Below are positions 19,481 to 29,552 of a DNA stretch of 64,000 nucleotides, in pieces. Location: the NCBI GenBank assembly GCA_963705305.1, contig OY970067.1, positions 2,336,001 through 2,400,000 on the forward strand, written 5' to 3'. Each line of letters opens with the position of its first letter. Positions within the stretch are counted from its first letter, which is position 1. A program made the position numbers and the translations under genes. The stretch comes from an uncultured Methylomirabilota bacterium. GTDB lineage: Bacteria > Methylomirabilota > Methylomirabilia > Methylomirabilales > 2-02-FULL-66-22. Below the pieces are notes generated by a model. The model worked only from the letters and a program-made list of their open reading frames with translations. It was not told where the DNA came from and did no database searches.

Positions 19481-20325
19481 CGGATCGTCCCCGCCAGGCC
19501 CCGCCAGATCATCTGGAAAGCTACGATGGCCAGCACGACGACAAAGATGCGCCGGATCGCCCGGCCGGGCAGGTGGCGCAGCAGGTGGGTTCCGGCGATG
19601 GTCCCCGACAGGATGCCAAGGGTGACGGGGGCGGCGATGAAGGGATTGATGTCGCCCCGGGTGAAGTAGACGCCGGCGCTGGCCGCGGCCGTCACCCCGA
19701 TCATGAAGTTGGCGGTGGTGGTGGAGACCTTCAGCGGGGCCTTCATCATCATGTCCATGGCCAGGACCTTGAAGACCCCGGCCCCGATCCCCAGCAGGCC
19801 GGAGATCAGGCCGGCCATCCACATCATCCCGAACCCCTGAGGGACCCCCGTGATCTGGTACTCCACCCGCCGCTTGAGCGCCGGGTCGTAGTAGGCCCCC
19901 GGCAGGCGCAGCCGCGCCGCCAGCGAACTGGTCACCACGCCCGTGGGGACGTCCTGGTGGGGGGTGCGCAGCAGGCTCCAGACCGCGTAGGCCAGCATGA
20001 GGCCGAAGATGATCGACAGCACCCGGCCCGGCAGAAGTCCGGCCAGATAGGCCCCCGTCACCGCCCCGGTGGTCGTGGCCACCTCCAGAAACATCCCCAT
20101 GCGCAGGTTCGTGATCTTGTCCCTCACGTAGCTGGCCGCGGCGCCGCTGGAGACGGCGATGGCGGCGACAATGCTGGCCCCGATGGCATAGTGGAAGTTC
20201 AGGCCGACCAGGAGGGTGAGGGTCGGGACGACGATCACGCCGCCTCCCAGTCCCAAGAGGGCGCCCAGCACGCCCGCCCCCAGCGACGCGCCGAACAGCA
20301 GCAGGAAGAAGGTCAGCGGTTCCAT
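19477..20325 (-). CDS. Sulfite exporter TauE/SafE family protein
   Basis: GALLGLGGGVIVVP, SGLLGIGAG, KVSTTTANFMIGVTAAASAG. Confidence 0.9.
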   Translation of the reverse strand: MEPLTFFLLLFGASLGAGVLGALLGLGGGVIVVPTLTLLVGLNFHYAIGASIVAAIAVSSGAAASYVRDKITNLRMGMFLEVATTTGAVTGAYLAGLLPGRVLSIIFGLMLAYAVWSLLRTPHQDVPTGVVTSSLAARLRLPGAYYDPALKRRVEYQITGVPQGFGMMWMAGLISGLLGIGAGVFKVLAMDMMMKAPLKVSTTTANFMIGVTAAASAGVYFTRGDINPFIAAPVTLGILSGTIAGTHLLRHLPGRAIRRIFVVVLAIVAFQMIWRGLAGTIR

Positions 20326-20419
20326 GGATGCAGGATCCCTTCCCTCCCTCGGAGGGATGCGATGGCCGGTTGCGAGGCCCGCCGCGCCGCCGCGGCCTGC
20401 CCGGTGCGGGCGCCCATCC

Positions 20420-21103
20420 TCACCCGCGGCGCTGGCGAATCTCGACCCCGCCGGAGCCGCCGATGATCACCCGGTCCGCGACCTTCAGAAACAGACCCGT
20501 TCCCACGACGCCGGCCCGCTGCAAGAGGCTGGCCTCCAGGGCGGCCGGATCCCGGATCTCGCCAAAGCGGCAGTGGAGGATGTAGTTGCCCTCGTCGGTG
20601 ACAAACGGCCGGCCGTCGGCCTGGGTGCGCAGCTCGGGTCGGCCCCCCAGGGATTCCACGAAGGCGAGGTGGGTGCGCCAGCCGAAGGGCACGACCTCCA
20701 CCGGGAGGGGCGCCTTGCTTCCCAGGCAGGGCACCAGCTTGGAGTCGTCCACCAGAATGGCCACTTGGCGGGAGGCAGTGGCGACGATCTTCTCCCAGAG
20801 GAGCGCCCCGCCCAGGCCTTTGATCAGGTTCAGGTCGGGGTCCACCTCGTCGGCCCCGTCCAGATTCAGGTCCAGGACGGGGTGGGCATCCAGTGTGGTC
20901 AGCGGGATCCCCGCCTCCTTCGCCACCGCGGCGATGGCGCTGGACGATGGCACCCCGCTGACGTCCCGGAGGCCGCCATCCAGCAGTCGCCGGCCGATGG
21001 CCTGGACCGCGAGGGTGGCGGTCGAGCCACTGCCCAGTCCCAACACCATGCCGGATTCCACCAGGCTAGCGCCGCGCTCTGCGGCCAGTTGTTTCGGATT
21101 CAC
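20420..21103 (-). CDS. rpiA: Ribose-5-phosphate isomerase A
   Basis: GLGSGST, DGADEVD, IKGLGGALLWEKIV, PVEVVPFG, TDEGNYIL; GTG after GAAAGGA. Confidence 0.95.
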   Translation of the reverse strand: MNPKQLAAERGASLVESGMVLGLGSGSTATLAVQAIGRRLLDGGLRDVSGVPSSSAIAAVAKEAGIPLTTLDAHPVLDLNLDGADEVDPDLNLIKGLGGALLWEKIVATASRQVAILVDDSKLVPCLGSKAPLPVEVVPFGWRTHLAFVESLGGRPELRTQADGRPFVTDEGNYILHCRFGEIRDPAALEASLLQRAGVVGTGLFLKVADRVIIGGSGGVEIRQRRG

Positions 21104-21116
21104 GGCTCCGGTCCTT

Positions 21117-21866
21117 TCAGTGGGAGTGAGTGAGGCGGGCGGCTGCCTCCCGGTCGAGCAGCCATTCCACGCGTCCTTCCGTCGGCGCCACGAGCTGGGC
21201 GGGGAGCCGACCGGGATCCCGCGGCCCCTCCAGCACGGCCTGCACGACCGGGGCCTTGTCGGCCCCGGTGACCAGGAAGAGGACATGGCGGGCGGCATTG
21301 ATCACCGGCAGGGTGAGGGTCAGCCGCCAGGCCTGAAGCTGTTCCACCCAGGCGGGACGCACCCAGGAGCGCGCCTCTCGCAGGACGGCCGTGCCGGGAA
21401 AGAGCGAGGCTGTGTGCCCGTCCGGCCCCAGGCCGAGAAGCACCAGGTCCAGCCGCGGCGGCCGATCCCCCAGCGGGCGGAGCGTCGTCCGCAGGACGGC
21501 CTCGTACTCCCGGGCGGCGGTCTCGGGGTCTTCCAGCTCGCCGCGCAGCCGGTGAATATTCGCCAGCGGAACGGGTACCCGGGAAAGCAGAACCTCGCGC
21601 GCCATGCGAAAGTTGCTGTCGGGGTGGTCCGGGGGAACGCAGCGCTCGTCTCCCCAAAAGATTTCCAGCCGGGACCAGTCCACCGCCTCGCGGCAGGGAG
21701 GCTCCGCTAAGCGGGCATAGGCCTCGCGGGGGGTGCGTCCACCGGCCAGGGCCACCGCCGCCCGGCCCCGCGCGGCAACGGCCGCCTGCATCACCGACAC
21801 GATCCGCGCCGCCGCGGCCGCGGGTGTTTCGACGATAGTCCATTGGAGGGGCCGGTCGGATGCGAT
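21117..21866 (-). CDS. pgl: 6-phosphogluconolactonase (start uncertain, possibly ATC at 21866)
   Basis: ALAGGRTP, FWGDERCVPPDHPDSNF, LLGLGPDGHTASLFPG, RLTLTLPVIN. Confidence 0.92.
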   Translation of the reverse strand: MASDRPLQWTIVETPAAAAARIVSVMQAAVAARGRAAVALAGGRTPREAYARLAEPPCREAVDWSRLEIFWGDERCVPPDHPDSNFRMAREVLLSRVPVPLANIHRLRGELEDPETAAREYEAVLRTTLRPLGDRPPRLDLVLLGLGPDGHTASLFPGTAVLREARSWVRPAWVEQLQAWRLTLTLPVINAARHVLFLVTGADKAPVVQAVLEGPRDPGRLPAQLVAPTEGRVEWLLDREAAARLTHSH

Positions 21867-21928
21867 GGTGTCCCCCGCCGTTCGCCGACGGCCGCCCCCG
21901 GTCGAGAAGAGCCGTCGGCCGCGTCCGC

Positions 21929-23659
21929 TCAGAGCTCGCCGGCGGCCTTGACCACCTGCCGGAGGCCCGCCTTGACGGGTCCCGTGATGTGCAAGCGCAG
22001 GACCCGGCGCCCGTGGCTCTGCAGGGACGCGAGATCCCCCAGCGCCTGCGCCGCCTTCATCGTCCCGAAGGAATAGGGCTCGCCGGGAATAGGCAGGTCG
22101 ACCGGCTCTTCCCCTGTGAACTGGAGGAAGATGCCGTGGTCGCCACCCCCCTTGTGCAGCTGCCCGGTGGAATGCAGGTAGCGGGGGCCGTACCCCAGGG
22201 TCGTGGCCGTCCGATACCGATTGCGGATCGCGAGGCGGATGGCGGCCAGCAGTTCGGCATTGCCGGCCATCCCGGGCAGGTAGGAGAGAAGGGCCACGTA
22301 CTCGTTCACCTTGCGGTGCCCCAGGTAGGTCCGGAGCGCCTCCGCGAGGCTCTGGGCCCCCTTCAGGCTCGTCGCTGCCGCTGCATCGCCGTAAAGGCAC
22401 ACCGCGTCCGCCTTGAGCAACGGTTGACTCTCGGGGAGATGGCCCTTGGCCTTGAACTCCTCCAGGAGGCGGCGGGTGTTGTCCTTGCTTTCTTGGACGT
22501 TGGGCTGGTCGAAAGGATTGACGCCCAGCACGGCGCCGGCAAGGGCGGTGGCCACCTCCCACCGGAAGAACTCGGCCCCCAGATCGTATCGATCCTTCAG
22601 CAGGATCGTCACCACCGGATGCCCCGCCTGTTCGAGCGTCCGGATGGACTGATCCCGGGTATGATCCTGCGACTCCTGGAGCTTGGCGTAGACGAACAGC
22701 CGGTCCCCCCGATACGCGGCGGGGTCGGGGACCCCTTCCCCTTCCACCGGCACGATCCCGGTGCCATCCTTGCCCGTGCTCTCGGCGATGAGCTGCTCGA
22801 CCCAGGTGCCGAATGAGGCGATCTCGGGGGAACAGATGAAAGTCAGCTTGTCCCGTCCGGCCTTGGCCAGGGTACCGATGACAGCACCCAGCCAGGCGCC
22901 CGGGTTCTCCTGGAGCGGAACCGCGGCTCCGCAGGCCTGGGCCATGTGGTCGGCGCGCTCCAGCAGGCGGGGCGCGTCCACACCCATCAGGGCTGCGGGC
23001 AGCATGCCGAACAGCGACAGGGCGGAATAGCGCCCGCCGATGTCCGCCGCGTTGAGAAAGATGCGTCGGAAGCCCGCCTTGGCCCCGGCCCGCTCCAGCG
23101 GCGTTCCGGGGTCCGTGATGGCGACGAATTGCTGGCCGGCCCGGTCACCCAGGAGCGCCTTTACCTTGGCGAAGAAATACCGGCTGAAGGCGGCGATCTC
23201 CGGGGTGGTTCCGGACTTGCTGGCCACGATGACCAGCGTGTGGGCCAGATCCAGCGACCAATCCAGGGGCTGGATCGTGGAGGGATCGGTTGAGTCCAGG
23301 ACGGTCAGACGAAGATGGCCGGCTCCCTGGCCGAAGGTGAGCCGCAGAACATCGGGGCAGAGACTGCTGCCTCCCATCCCCAGGAGCAGGGCGTCCGTGA
23401 TACCCGCCCGCCCGACCTCCGTGGCGAAGGCGGCCAGGTCGGCGGCCTGCTGGCGGGAGGTCTCCATGACGGTGAGCCACCCCAAGCTGTTCTTGATGAC
23501 CGCCTGGTGCGCGGGCTCCGCCTTCCAGAGGGCCGCATCCTTGGCCCAGAGCCGCGACACAGCCTGCCGCTCGGTGAGGTCCGCGAAGGCGGCCGACAGC
23601 GGAACGGCATAGGCGTCCAGGCCGACCGCGTGAAGCCCCGACGGGCTCTTGATGTTCAT
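21929..23659 (-). CDS. pgi: Glucose-6-phosphate isomerase (type seen as the C-terminal half of Tal-Pgi fusions)
   Basis: GMGGSSL, ASKSGTT, AITDPG, IGGRYSALS, EQLIAESTGK, NPFDQPNVQESK, GPRYLHSTGQLHKGG. Confidence 0.88.
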   Translation of the reverse strand: MNIKSPSGLHAVGLDAYAVPLSAAFADLTERQAVSRLWAKDAALWKAEPAHQAVIKNSLGWLTVMETSRQQAADLAAFATEVGRAGITDALLLGMGGSSLCPDVLRLTFGQGAGHLRLTVLDSTDPSTIQPLDWSLDLAHTLVIVASKSGTTPEIAAFSRYFFAKVKALLGDRAGQQFVAITDPGTPLERAGAKAGFRRIFLNAADIGGRYSALSLFGMLPAALMGVDAPRLLERADHMAQACGAAVPLQENPGAWLGAVIGTLAKAGRDKLTFICSPEIASFGTWVEQLIAESTGKDGTGIVPVEGEGVPDPAAYRGDRLFVYAKLQESQDHTRDQSIRTLEQAGHPVVTILLKDRYDLGAEFFRWEVATALAGAVLGVNPFDQPNVQESKDNTRRLLEEFKAKGHLPESQPLLKADAVCLYGDAAAATSLKGAQSLAEALRTYLGHRKVNEYVALLSYLPGMAGNAELLAAIRLAIRNRYRTATTLGYGPRYLHSTGQLHKGGGDHGIFLQFTGEEPVDLPIPGEPYSFGTMKAAQALGDLASLQSHGRRVLRLHITGPVKAGLRQVVKAAGEL

Positions 23660-23756
23660 GACGCATCCCCCCAGGATAGCCGGGCAGCGCGCCGGTCGGA
23701 GGGCCCGCCGTGTCCGAACTGGACGGGCGGACGTGCGACCGGCGGACTGCCGCGCC

Positions 23757-25763
23757 TCATCGCTTCAGGATCGCCAGGGCACGAGCAGCCACGTTCTCGG
23801 GCGTGAACCCGAACTGCTCGAAAAGCACCTTGGCGGGCGCCGATGCGCCGAAACGGGTCATTCCTACGATACCGCCCCCGGTCCCGACGTACTTGTCCCA
23901 GCCCAACGGGACTCCCGCCTCCACGGCCACCCGGGCGGTGACGGTCGGGGGCAGGACGCTCTCACGATACGACCGGGGCTGGCGATCGAAGAATTCCCAG
24001 CAGGGCATGCTCACCACGCGGGCCGCCACCTGCTTGTCCGCCAGCAGTTGCCGGGCGCCCAGCGCCACCGGGACTTCGGAGCCGGTGGCGATCAGAATTA
24101 CGTCCGGGCTGCCGTCCGGGGCATCGGCCAGCACGTAGGCGCCGCGCTCGACGCCGCCGGCCTGGAGCTCCGTCCGGTCCAGGATGGGCAGTGCCTGCCG
24201 GGTCAGGACCAGACAGGTGGGGCCAGGGTTGGCGAGGGCGGCCCGCCAGGCCTCCACCGTCTCGGTGGCGTCGGCCGGCCGGATCACCGTCAGTCCGGGA
24301 ATGGCGCGCAGGGCCATCAGGTGCTCGACGGGCTGGTGGGTCGGCCCGTCCTCCCCGAGGCCGATGCTGTCGTGGGTGAAGAGGAAGATCACCGGGATTT
24401 CCATGAGGGCGGCCAGACGGATGGCCGGGCGCATGTAGTCGGAGAAGATCAGGAAGGTCCCCGTGTACGGCCGGAGGCCGCCGTGAACCATCATTCCATT
24501 GGCGAGGGAGCCCATGGCATGCTCCCGGACGCCGAAATGGAAGTTGCGCCCGGCGGGCGAGCCCGCCGCGAAGACGCCCGCCTCCTTGACCAGGGTGTTG
24601 TTGGAGGGGGCCAAGTCGGCCGAGCCGCCCAGGAGGTTCGGGACCCTGGGAGAGAGCGCCTGCAGGACCCTGCCCGAGGCGGCTCGGGTGGCCAGCGGGG
24701 GGTCGCCGGGCGCGAAGCGCGGCAGGCCGGCGTCCCAGCCGGGGGGAAGCGCGCCGCTCGCACACTGGTCCCAGCGGGCGGCGTCCGCGGGGAAGGCTGC
24801 GCGATAGGCCTGCATCCGCTGGTCCCACTCGGCCCTCCAGGCGCGGCCCCGCTCCACGGCCCGACGGAACTCGCGCAGGGCCTCGTCCGGGATCAGGAAG
24901 GCCGGGGAGAGGGGCCAGCCCAGGCTCTCCTTGGTGAGCCTCACCTCGTCCTCGCCCAGCGGCTCGCCGTGGGCCTTGGACGAGTCCTGCTTGTTCGGGC
25001 TGCCGTAACCGATGTGGGTCCGGGCCAGGATGAGGGAAGGCCGCAGACTCTCCGCCTGGGCCGCCCGGATGGCGGCGTCGACGGCCGCCAGGTCGTTGCC
25101 GTCGGCCAACCGCTGGACGTGCCAGCCATAGGCCTCGAAGCGGCGGGCCACATCCTCGGTGAAGGCCAGGTCCGTGCTGCCGTCGATGGAGACATGGTTG
25201 TCGTCGTAGAGGTAGACGAGCTTCCCCAGCTTGAGATGGGCAGCCAGCGAGGCGGCTTCGGAGGCGACCCCCTCCATCAGATCGCCGTCGCTCACGATGG
25301 CATAGGTGTAGTGGTCCACGATGGCACGGCCGGGTCGATTGAACTGGGCCGCCAGCCAGCGCTCGGCAATGGCCATTCCCACGCCGTTGGCGAAGCCCTG
25401 GCCCAGGGGACCGGTGGTGGTCTCGATTCCCGGCGTGAGCCTGTATTCCGGATGGCCGGGGGCCTTGCTGTCCCACTGCCGGAAGCGCCGGATCTCGTCC
25501 AGGCTCAGGTCGTAGCCGGTCAGGTGGAGCAGGGCGTACTGGAGCATGCAGCCGTGGCCCGCGGAGAGGACGAAGCGGTCGCGATCCGGCCAGTGCGGAT
25601 CGGTCGGATCGTGTTTTCGGAAGCGCGTCCAGAGGACGTAGGCCATGGCCGCCGCCCCCATGGGCATCCCGGGATGGCCGGATTTGGCCTGCTGGACGGC
25701 ATCCACCGCCAGCATGCGAATCGTATTGATGCAGAGCTGGTCGAGGCGGTCCTGCTGCGTCAT
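23757..25763 (-). CDS. tkt: Transketolase
   Basis: [62 protein letters not shown]. Confidence 0.97.
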   Translation of the reverse strand: MTQQDRLDQLCINTIRMLAVDAVQQAKSGHPGMPMGAAAMAYVLWTRFRKHDPTDPHWPDRDRFVLSAGHGCMLQYALLHLTGYDLSLDEIRRFRQWDSKAPGHPEYRLTPGIETTTGPLGQGFANGVGMAIAERWLAAQFNRPGRAIVDHYTYAIVSDGDLMEGVASEAASLAAHLKLGKLVYLYDDNHVSIDGSTDLAFTEDVARRFEAYGWHVQRLADGNDLAAVDAAIRAAQAESLRPSLILARTHIGYGSPNKQDSSKAHGEPLGEDEVRLTKESLGWPLSPAFLIPDEALREFRRAVERGRAWRAEWDQRMQAYRAAFPADAARWDQCASGALPPGWDAGLPRFAPGDPPLATRAASGRVLQALSPRVPNLLGGSADLAPSNNTLVKEAGVFAAGSPAGRNFHFGVREHAMGSLANGMMVHGGLRPYTGTFLIFSDYMRPAIRLAALMEIPVIFLFTHDSIGLGEDGPTHQPVEHLMALRAIPGLTVIRPADATETVEAWRAALANPGPTCLVLTRQALPILDRTELQAGGVERGAYVLADAPDGSPDVILIATGSEVPVALGARQLLADKQVAARVVSMPCWEFFDRQPRSYRESVLPPTVTARVAVEAGVPLGWDKYVGTGGGIVGMTRFGASAPAKVLFEQFGFTPENVAARALAILKR

Positions 25764-25880
25764 CGGCACGCTCCTCTGGACGAATCCGCGTCGGGCGCCC
25801 GGCGGCATCGCCGCACGGACAGCCCCCCTAGCCTATCACATCAACCCCGGTGATGGCACCTGGAGCCGTCCTTCCCCCGG

Positions 25881-26648
25881 TCAGCCCCGACCAACCTCTT
25901 GCAAGAACGAGCGGGCGGCCCCGATCAGGAGGCCGGTGAGGCTCACCATGAGGATCTGGAAGCCCTGTGCGTAAAGCGCACGGCCGTCGGTAGGGTCCAG
26001 CGCCACCAGCATGGTGGGTTTGCCGGCCGCGGCTGCGGCCGCCCGGATCTTCTCCACGTTGGCCTGAACCCGCGGATCCTTCCACCCGCCGGGAATCCCC
26101 ATGGACAGGGCCAGGTCCCCCGGTCCGATGAGCACGATGTCCACTCCCGGGACGGAGCAGATGCCGGGAAGGTGGTCCAGCGCGGCCTCATCCTCCAGCA
26201 GGGGAATGCACAGGACTTCTTCGTTCGTCTTGGTGAAGTACTCCACCTGGGTCTGCGTGATGCCGTAGTTGGCGGCGCGGGAGCGGCCGAAGCCGCCGCG
26301 CACGCCCACCGGCGGGTAGCGCATGGCCGCCACGGCGGCCTCGGTCTCGGCCCGGGTGGTGATGTTGGGGATGACGATCCCGCCGGCCCCCGTCTCCAGG
26401 AACTCGAGGATGACGGAGGGATCGTTGCGCGGAACGCGCACGATGCTAGTCATGCCGGTGACGTCGGCCGCCCGGATCAGCCCGCGCGCCGTCTCCGCGC
26501 CCACCCCGCAGTGCTGCCCGTCGATGAAGACGAAATCGATCCCCAGGTGGCCGAGCAGCTCGATCACTTCCGGGTTGCTGAATTCCACCAGAGCCCCGCA
26601 GGCCCGCTTGCCAGCTGTCAGCTTTCGCTTCAGGCTGTTGGTGCGCAC
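25881..26648 (-). CDS. HpcH/HpaI aldolase family protein
   Basis: FVFIDGQH, IVRVP, RYPPVGVRG, IGPGDLALSMG; GTG after AGGGAGG. Confidence 0.88.
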   Translation of the reverse strand: MRTNSLKRKLTAGKRACGALVEFSNPEVIELLGHLGIDFVFIDGQHCGVGAETARGLIRAADVTGMTSIVRVPRNDPSVILEFLETGAGGIVIPNITTRAETEAAVAAMRYPPVGVRGGFGRSRAANYGITQTQVEYFTKTNEEVLCIPLLEDEAALDHLPGICSVPGVDIVLIGPGDLALSMGIPGGWKDPRVQANVEKIRAAAAAAGKPTMLVALDPTDGRALYAQGFQILMVSLTGLLIGAARSFLQEVGRG

Positions 26649-26841
26649 AGTGGCCTCCCTTGCATGTTCGCCGATCGTGAACAATCCTACACGGTCGGGC
26701 GGTCACCCGCCGCCGGCCTGCGCGGATTCCGGTGCCCCCGGCGCGTGCCGGCCGCTCGGAGGTGTACGCCATTCCTGCGCCGGGACCCGGCCGGGGAGTG
26801 CTCCCGCTGAGCCGTTCGCCTCCGGAGCGGCTTGAAGGGCC

Positions 26842-28656
26842 TCACTCGATCCCGGGGGCAGGGCCCTCCACCCGCTCGCGGTTCTGCACGAAGGCGCTGA
26901 AGACCGCCTCCTCGGCAGCCAAGATCACCTGGTCCCCCCGCTCCAGCGGGCCGGCATGCGTCGGGGACAGGACGGTCTCGTTCCGGATCACGGCCACGAC
27001 GGCCAGGTCATCATGGTGGGGGAGGAAGGCCTCGGCCGGCGTCTGGCCGAGGAACGGATCGTCACCGGATTCCAGGATGACGGAGAAGATGCGGCCCTTT
27101 CCCCCTTGAATCCCGATGGAGAGGCCGGAGCGGAGCAGGTTGCCGAGGTCGGGCAAGCTTACTCCCCGCAGATCCTGGATCAACCGCCCGCCCAGGATCC
27201 GGAGCGCCCCCTGGACGAGGCGGAGGTGGTGCACGGGAGAGTCCATCCGAGCCTCCACCTGTGACTCCGTGAGAATGGGGTAGCGCGCGCCTGCAACCAG
27301 CGTCCGCTGGACCAGGAAGCTCAAGGAGGTGGCCAGCATGGACGGCACGATCAGGCGGTAGCCTCCAGTCAGCTCGGCCACCATGATGAGGGTGGCCATG
27401 GGCACGCGAGCCGACCCGGCGAATACGGCTCCCATGCCGACGGCGGCAAAGGCCGCCGGAACCAGGTGCGCCTCGGGGATCCACTTGTCCACGACGAACG
27501 CCACCCAGCCCCCGACCAGGGATCCGATGAAGACGTTGGGGCCGAAGGTCCCCCCCGAGCCGCCGGAGGACAGGGTGAGGGACATGCTAATGATCTTGGC
27601 GAAGGCCAGCAGCAGCAGGCCGTTGCCGACCAGGGTTCCGTTCAGGACCATCTGAATGTACCCGTACCCCGTGGCCAGCGTTTGGGGAAACGCGATGGCG
27701 AAGAGGCCCATCAGGAGCCCGCCCAGGGCCGGCTTGAAGTAGACGGGAATCTTCAGTCTTCGGAAGACATCCCGGGTCCTCCAGAAGATGGTGGGCTGGA
27801 TGGCCCCCATGGCGCCCGCGACCACGCCGACCAGGGCGTATCCGACCAGCTCCACAGGACGGTTGAAACCCATGCCGGATGGGAGGAGAAAGATGGGCGT
27901 CCACCCGGCGAACAGGCCGTTCACGGCATAGGCCACGACCGAGGCGACCAGGGTGAAGGGGAGCGCCTCGTACTCGGAGGCCAGGCCGCCGTACAGGATC
28001 TCAATGGCGAAGATGGCCATCCCCAGCGGAGAGCGGAAGATGGCGGCCAGGCCCGCCGCCATCCCCGACAGGACCAGAATCCGCCGCTCGGTGATCCCCA
28101 AGCCGAGCAGGTCGCAGAAGATGGAGGAGGCGCCTACGCTGATCTGGGCGGTGGGCCCCTCGCGGCCGGCCGATCCGCCGGAGCCGATGGTGATGGCTGA
28201 AGAGATGGCCTTGATCACGGGGGCGATCGGCCGCACCCGGGCGCCGCCGAAATGGTACGAGCGCACGGCGGCGTCGGTGCCGTCGCCCTCCGCCTCGGGG
28301 GCGAAGGTATAGACGAGGAATCCGCACAGGAGCCCGCCCAGCGTGGTGCTGATCGGGAGCAGCCAATACCAGCCGTGTCCGAAATGGTTCGTCGTGTTGG
28401 CCAGGCCCGGCCGGCCGAGGAAGACGCCGGCAATGCCCCCCATGAACAGCCGCTCTCCCCAATCCAGCATCCAGGTGAAGAGGGGGGCTCCCAATCCTCC
28501 GAAGACGCCGCAGACGGCCGCGTACAGGAAGAGCCTGTTCACGCGCCAGGCGTTCCGGGCTGCGATACGGGCCCGCCGCAATCGTCGGATGTGAGAGAGG
28601 TCGGAAGCGCTGCGAGGGCGGCGGTGTCCGGGAGGCTGGTCGGGGTCCGGGGTCAT
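26842..28656 (-). CDS. ClC family chloride channel/transporter with C-terminal RCK_C (TrkA-C)-like domain
   Basis: APEAEGDGTD, GSGGSAGREGP, SGGSGGTFGP, VAELTG; C-terminal VVAVIRNETVLSP...LERGDQVIL. Confidence 0.9.
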   Translation of the reverse strand: MTPDPDQPPGHRRPRSASDLSHIRRLRRARIAARNAWRVNRLFLYAAVCGVFGGLGAPLFTWMLDWGERLFMGGIAGVFLGRPGLANTTNHFGHGWYWLLPISTTLGGLLCGFLVYTFAPEAEGDGTDAAVRSYHFGGARVRPIAPVIKAISSAITIGSGGSAGREGPTAQISVGASSIFCDLLGLGITERRILVLSGMAAGLAAIFRSPLGMAIFAIEILYGGLASEYEALPFTLVASVVAYAVNGLFAGWTPIFLLPSGMGFNRPVELVGYALVGVVAGAMGAIQPTIFWRTRDVFRRLKIPVYFKPALGGLLMGLFAIAFPQTLATGYGYIQMVLNGTLVGNGLLLLAFAKIISMSLTLSSGGSGGTFGPNVFIGSLVGGWVAFVVDKWIPEAHLVPAAFAAVGMGAVFAGSARVPMATLIMVAELTGGYRLIVPSMLATSLSFLVQRTLVAGARYPILTESQVEARMDSPVHHLRLVQGALRILGGRLIQDLRGVSLPDLGNLLRSGLSIGIQGGKGRIFSVILESGDDPFLGQTPAEAFLPHHDDLAVVAVIRNETVLSPTHAGPLERGDQVILAAEEAVFSAFVQNRERVEGPAPGIE

Positions 28657-29133
28657 CCTGTTCGCTCCTCCAGGGTTGGGGTTGAAGGAAGATTTTGACA
28701 TTGTAATGGACCGAACCGGGGCTGTCAAAAAACAGGCGCCTGTTCACAGCCAATCCGCCGGGTGTTGCCGCAGCGCGCGGGGGAGTCTGTCTTGGCGAAA
28801 GGCGGAGTTTGGGTCGAGGCAACAATAAGCCTGCAGGTGGTGTCTCGGGCGATCATCCCGCCATCCGGGGGGATGGCGGGACTGTCGAGAATGCGTTGCG
28901 GGCGGCCCCGGATCCCCGTTGCGCCCAAGCGTTCGACGCCCGCTCCAGGGAGATCGCGCGGAGCCCGCATAGGTCGGCGCTCGGCATTCTCTTGGACCCG
29001 TTTTCGGCCCGGCCCTCGCCTCGGAAGCATTCCGCAGTCTCGGCGAGGCGGGAACGGTCCGGGCCGGGATCCTGACACCCAGTATTGCAGAAGGGTTGGT
29101 GTGCTCTCTCCTTTCAAGATGAAGGGCAGCTCG

Positions 29134-29150
29134 TTTATACGCTTTTTATA
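29134..29150 (+). promoter_or_regulatory. KdpE-like direct-repeat box
   Basis: TTTATA-CGCTT-TTTATA (11-bp period) in an AT-rich patch upstream of a TrkA-containing operon. Confidence 0.45.
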
Positions 29151-29552
29151 TGGTCCAGAAGCTCATCGTCCCATCTTCCGTGATGGCCGAATGCCTTCAA
29201 TTACTCTTGGTTGCTGGACTTTTTCACTTTTTTTCGCTGGCGGCCTCTGGCGGAGATTTTATATCGATTGATACTCCGCGCCGGTTTTTCTACACGAGAT
29301 TGATTTGCCTTCGCATGGGGTTTCCGATTGTAATCTGGCCATGTCGCAACGCCGGCTGGCCCCGGAGGCGGCCGCAGGTCGGAAGACTTGTCGACCTTGA
29401 CTCCGGAGAGAGGCGCGGCTTCCGAAGATCTGGAGCGGAGGAGGCGGGCAGACGCGTGCCCCGGTGGACCCTCCCCGGACATTCCGGGCGGCAGGGACGT
29501 CACGGGTGGTGTGGCGAGTGTTCGGTGCATGTCGAACGGACGGAGGCGTACG

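Noticed and set aside
29150..29552. c-di-AMP (ydaO) riboswitch expected before a KimA-like gene
   Set aside because: I could not find the conserved GCTGAATC / GGGGGAACC / GGGGTGAA / CAGCTAACC segments by eye; a cmscan would settle it.
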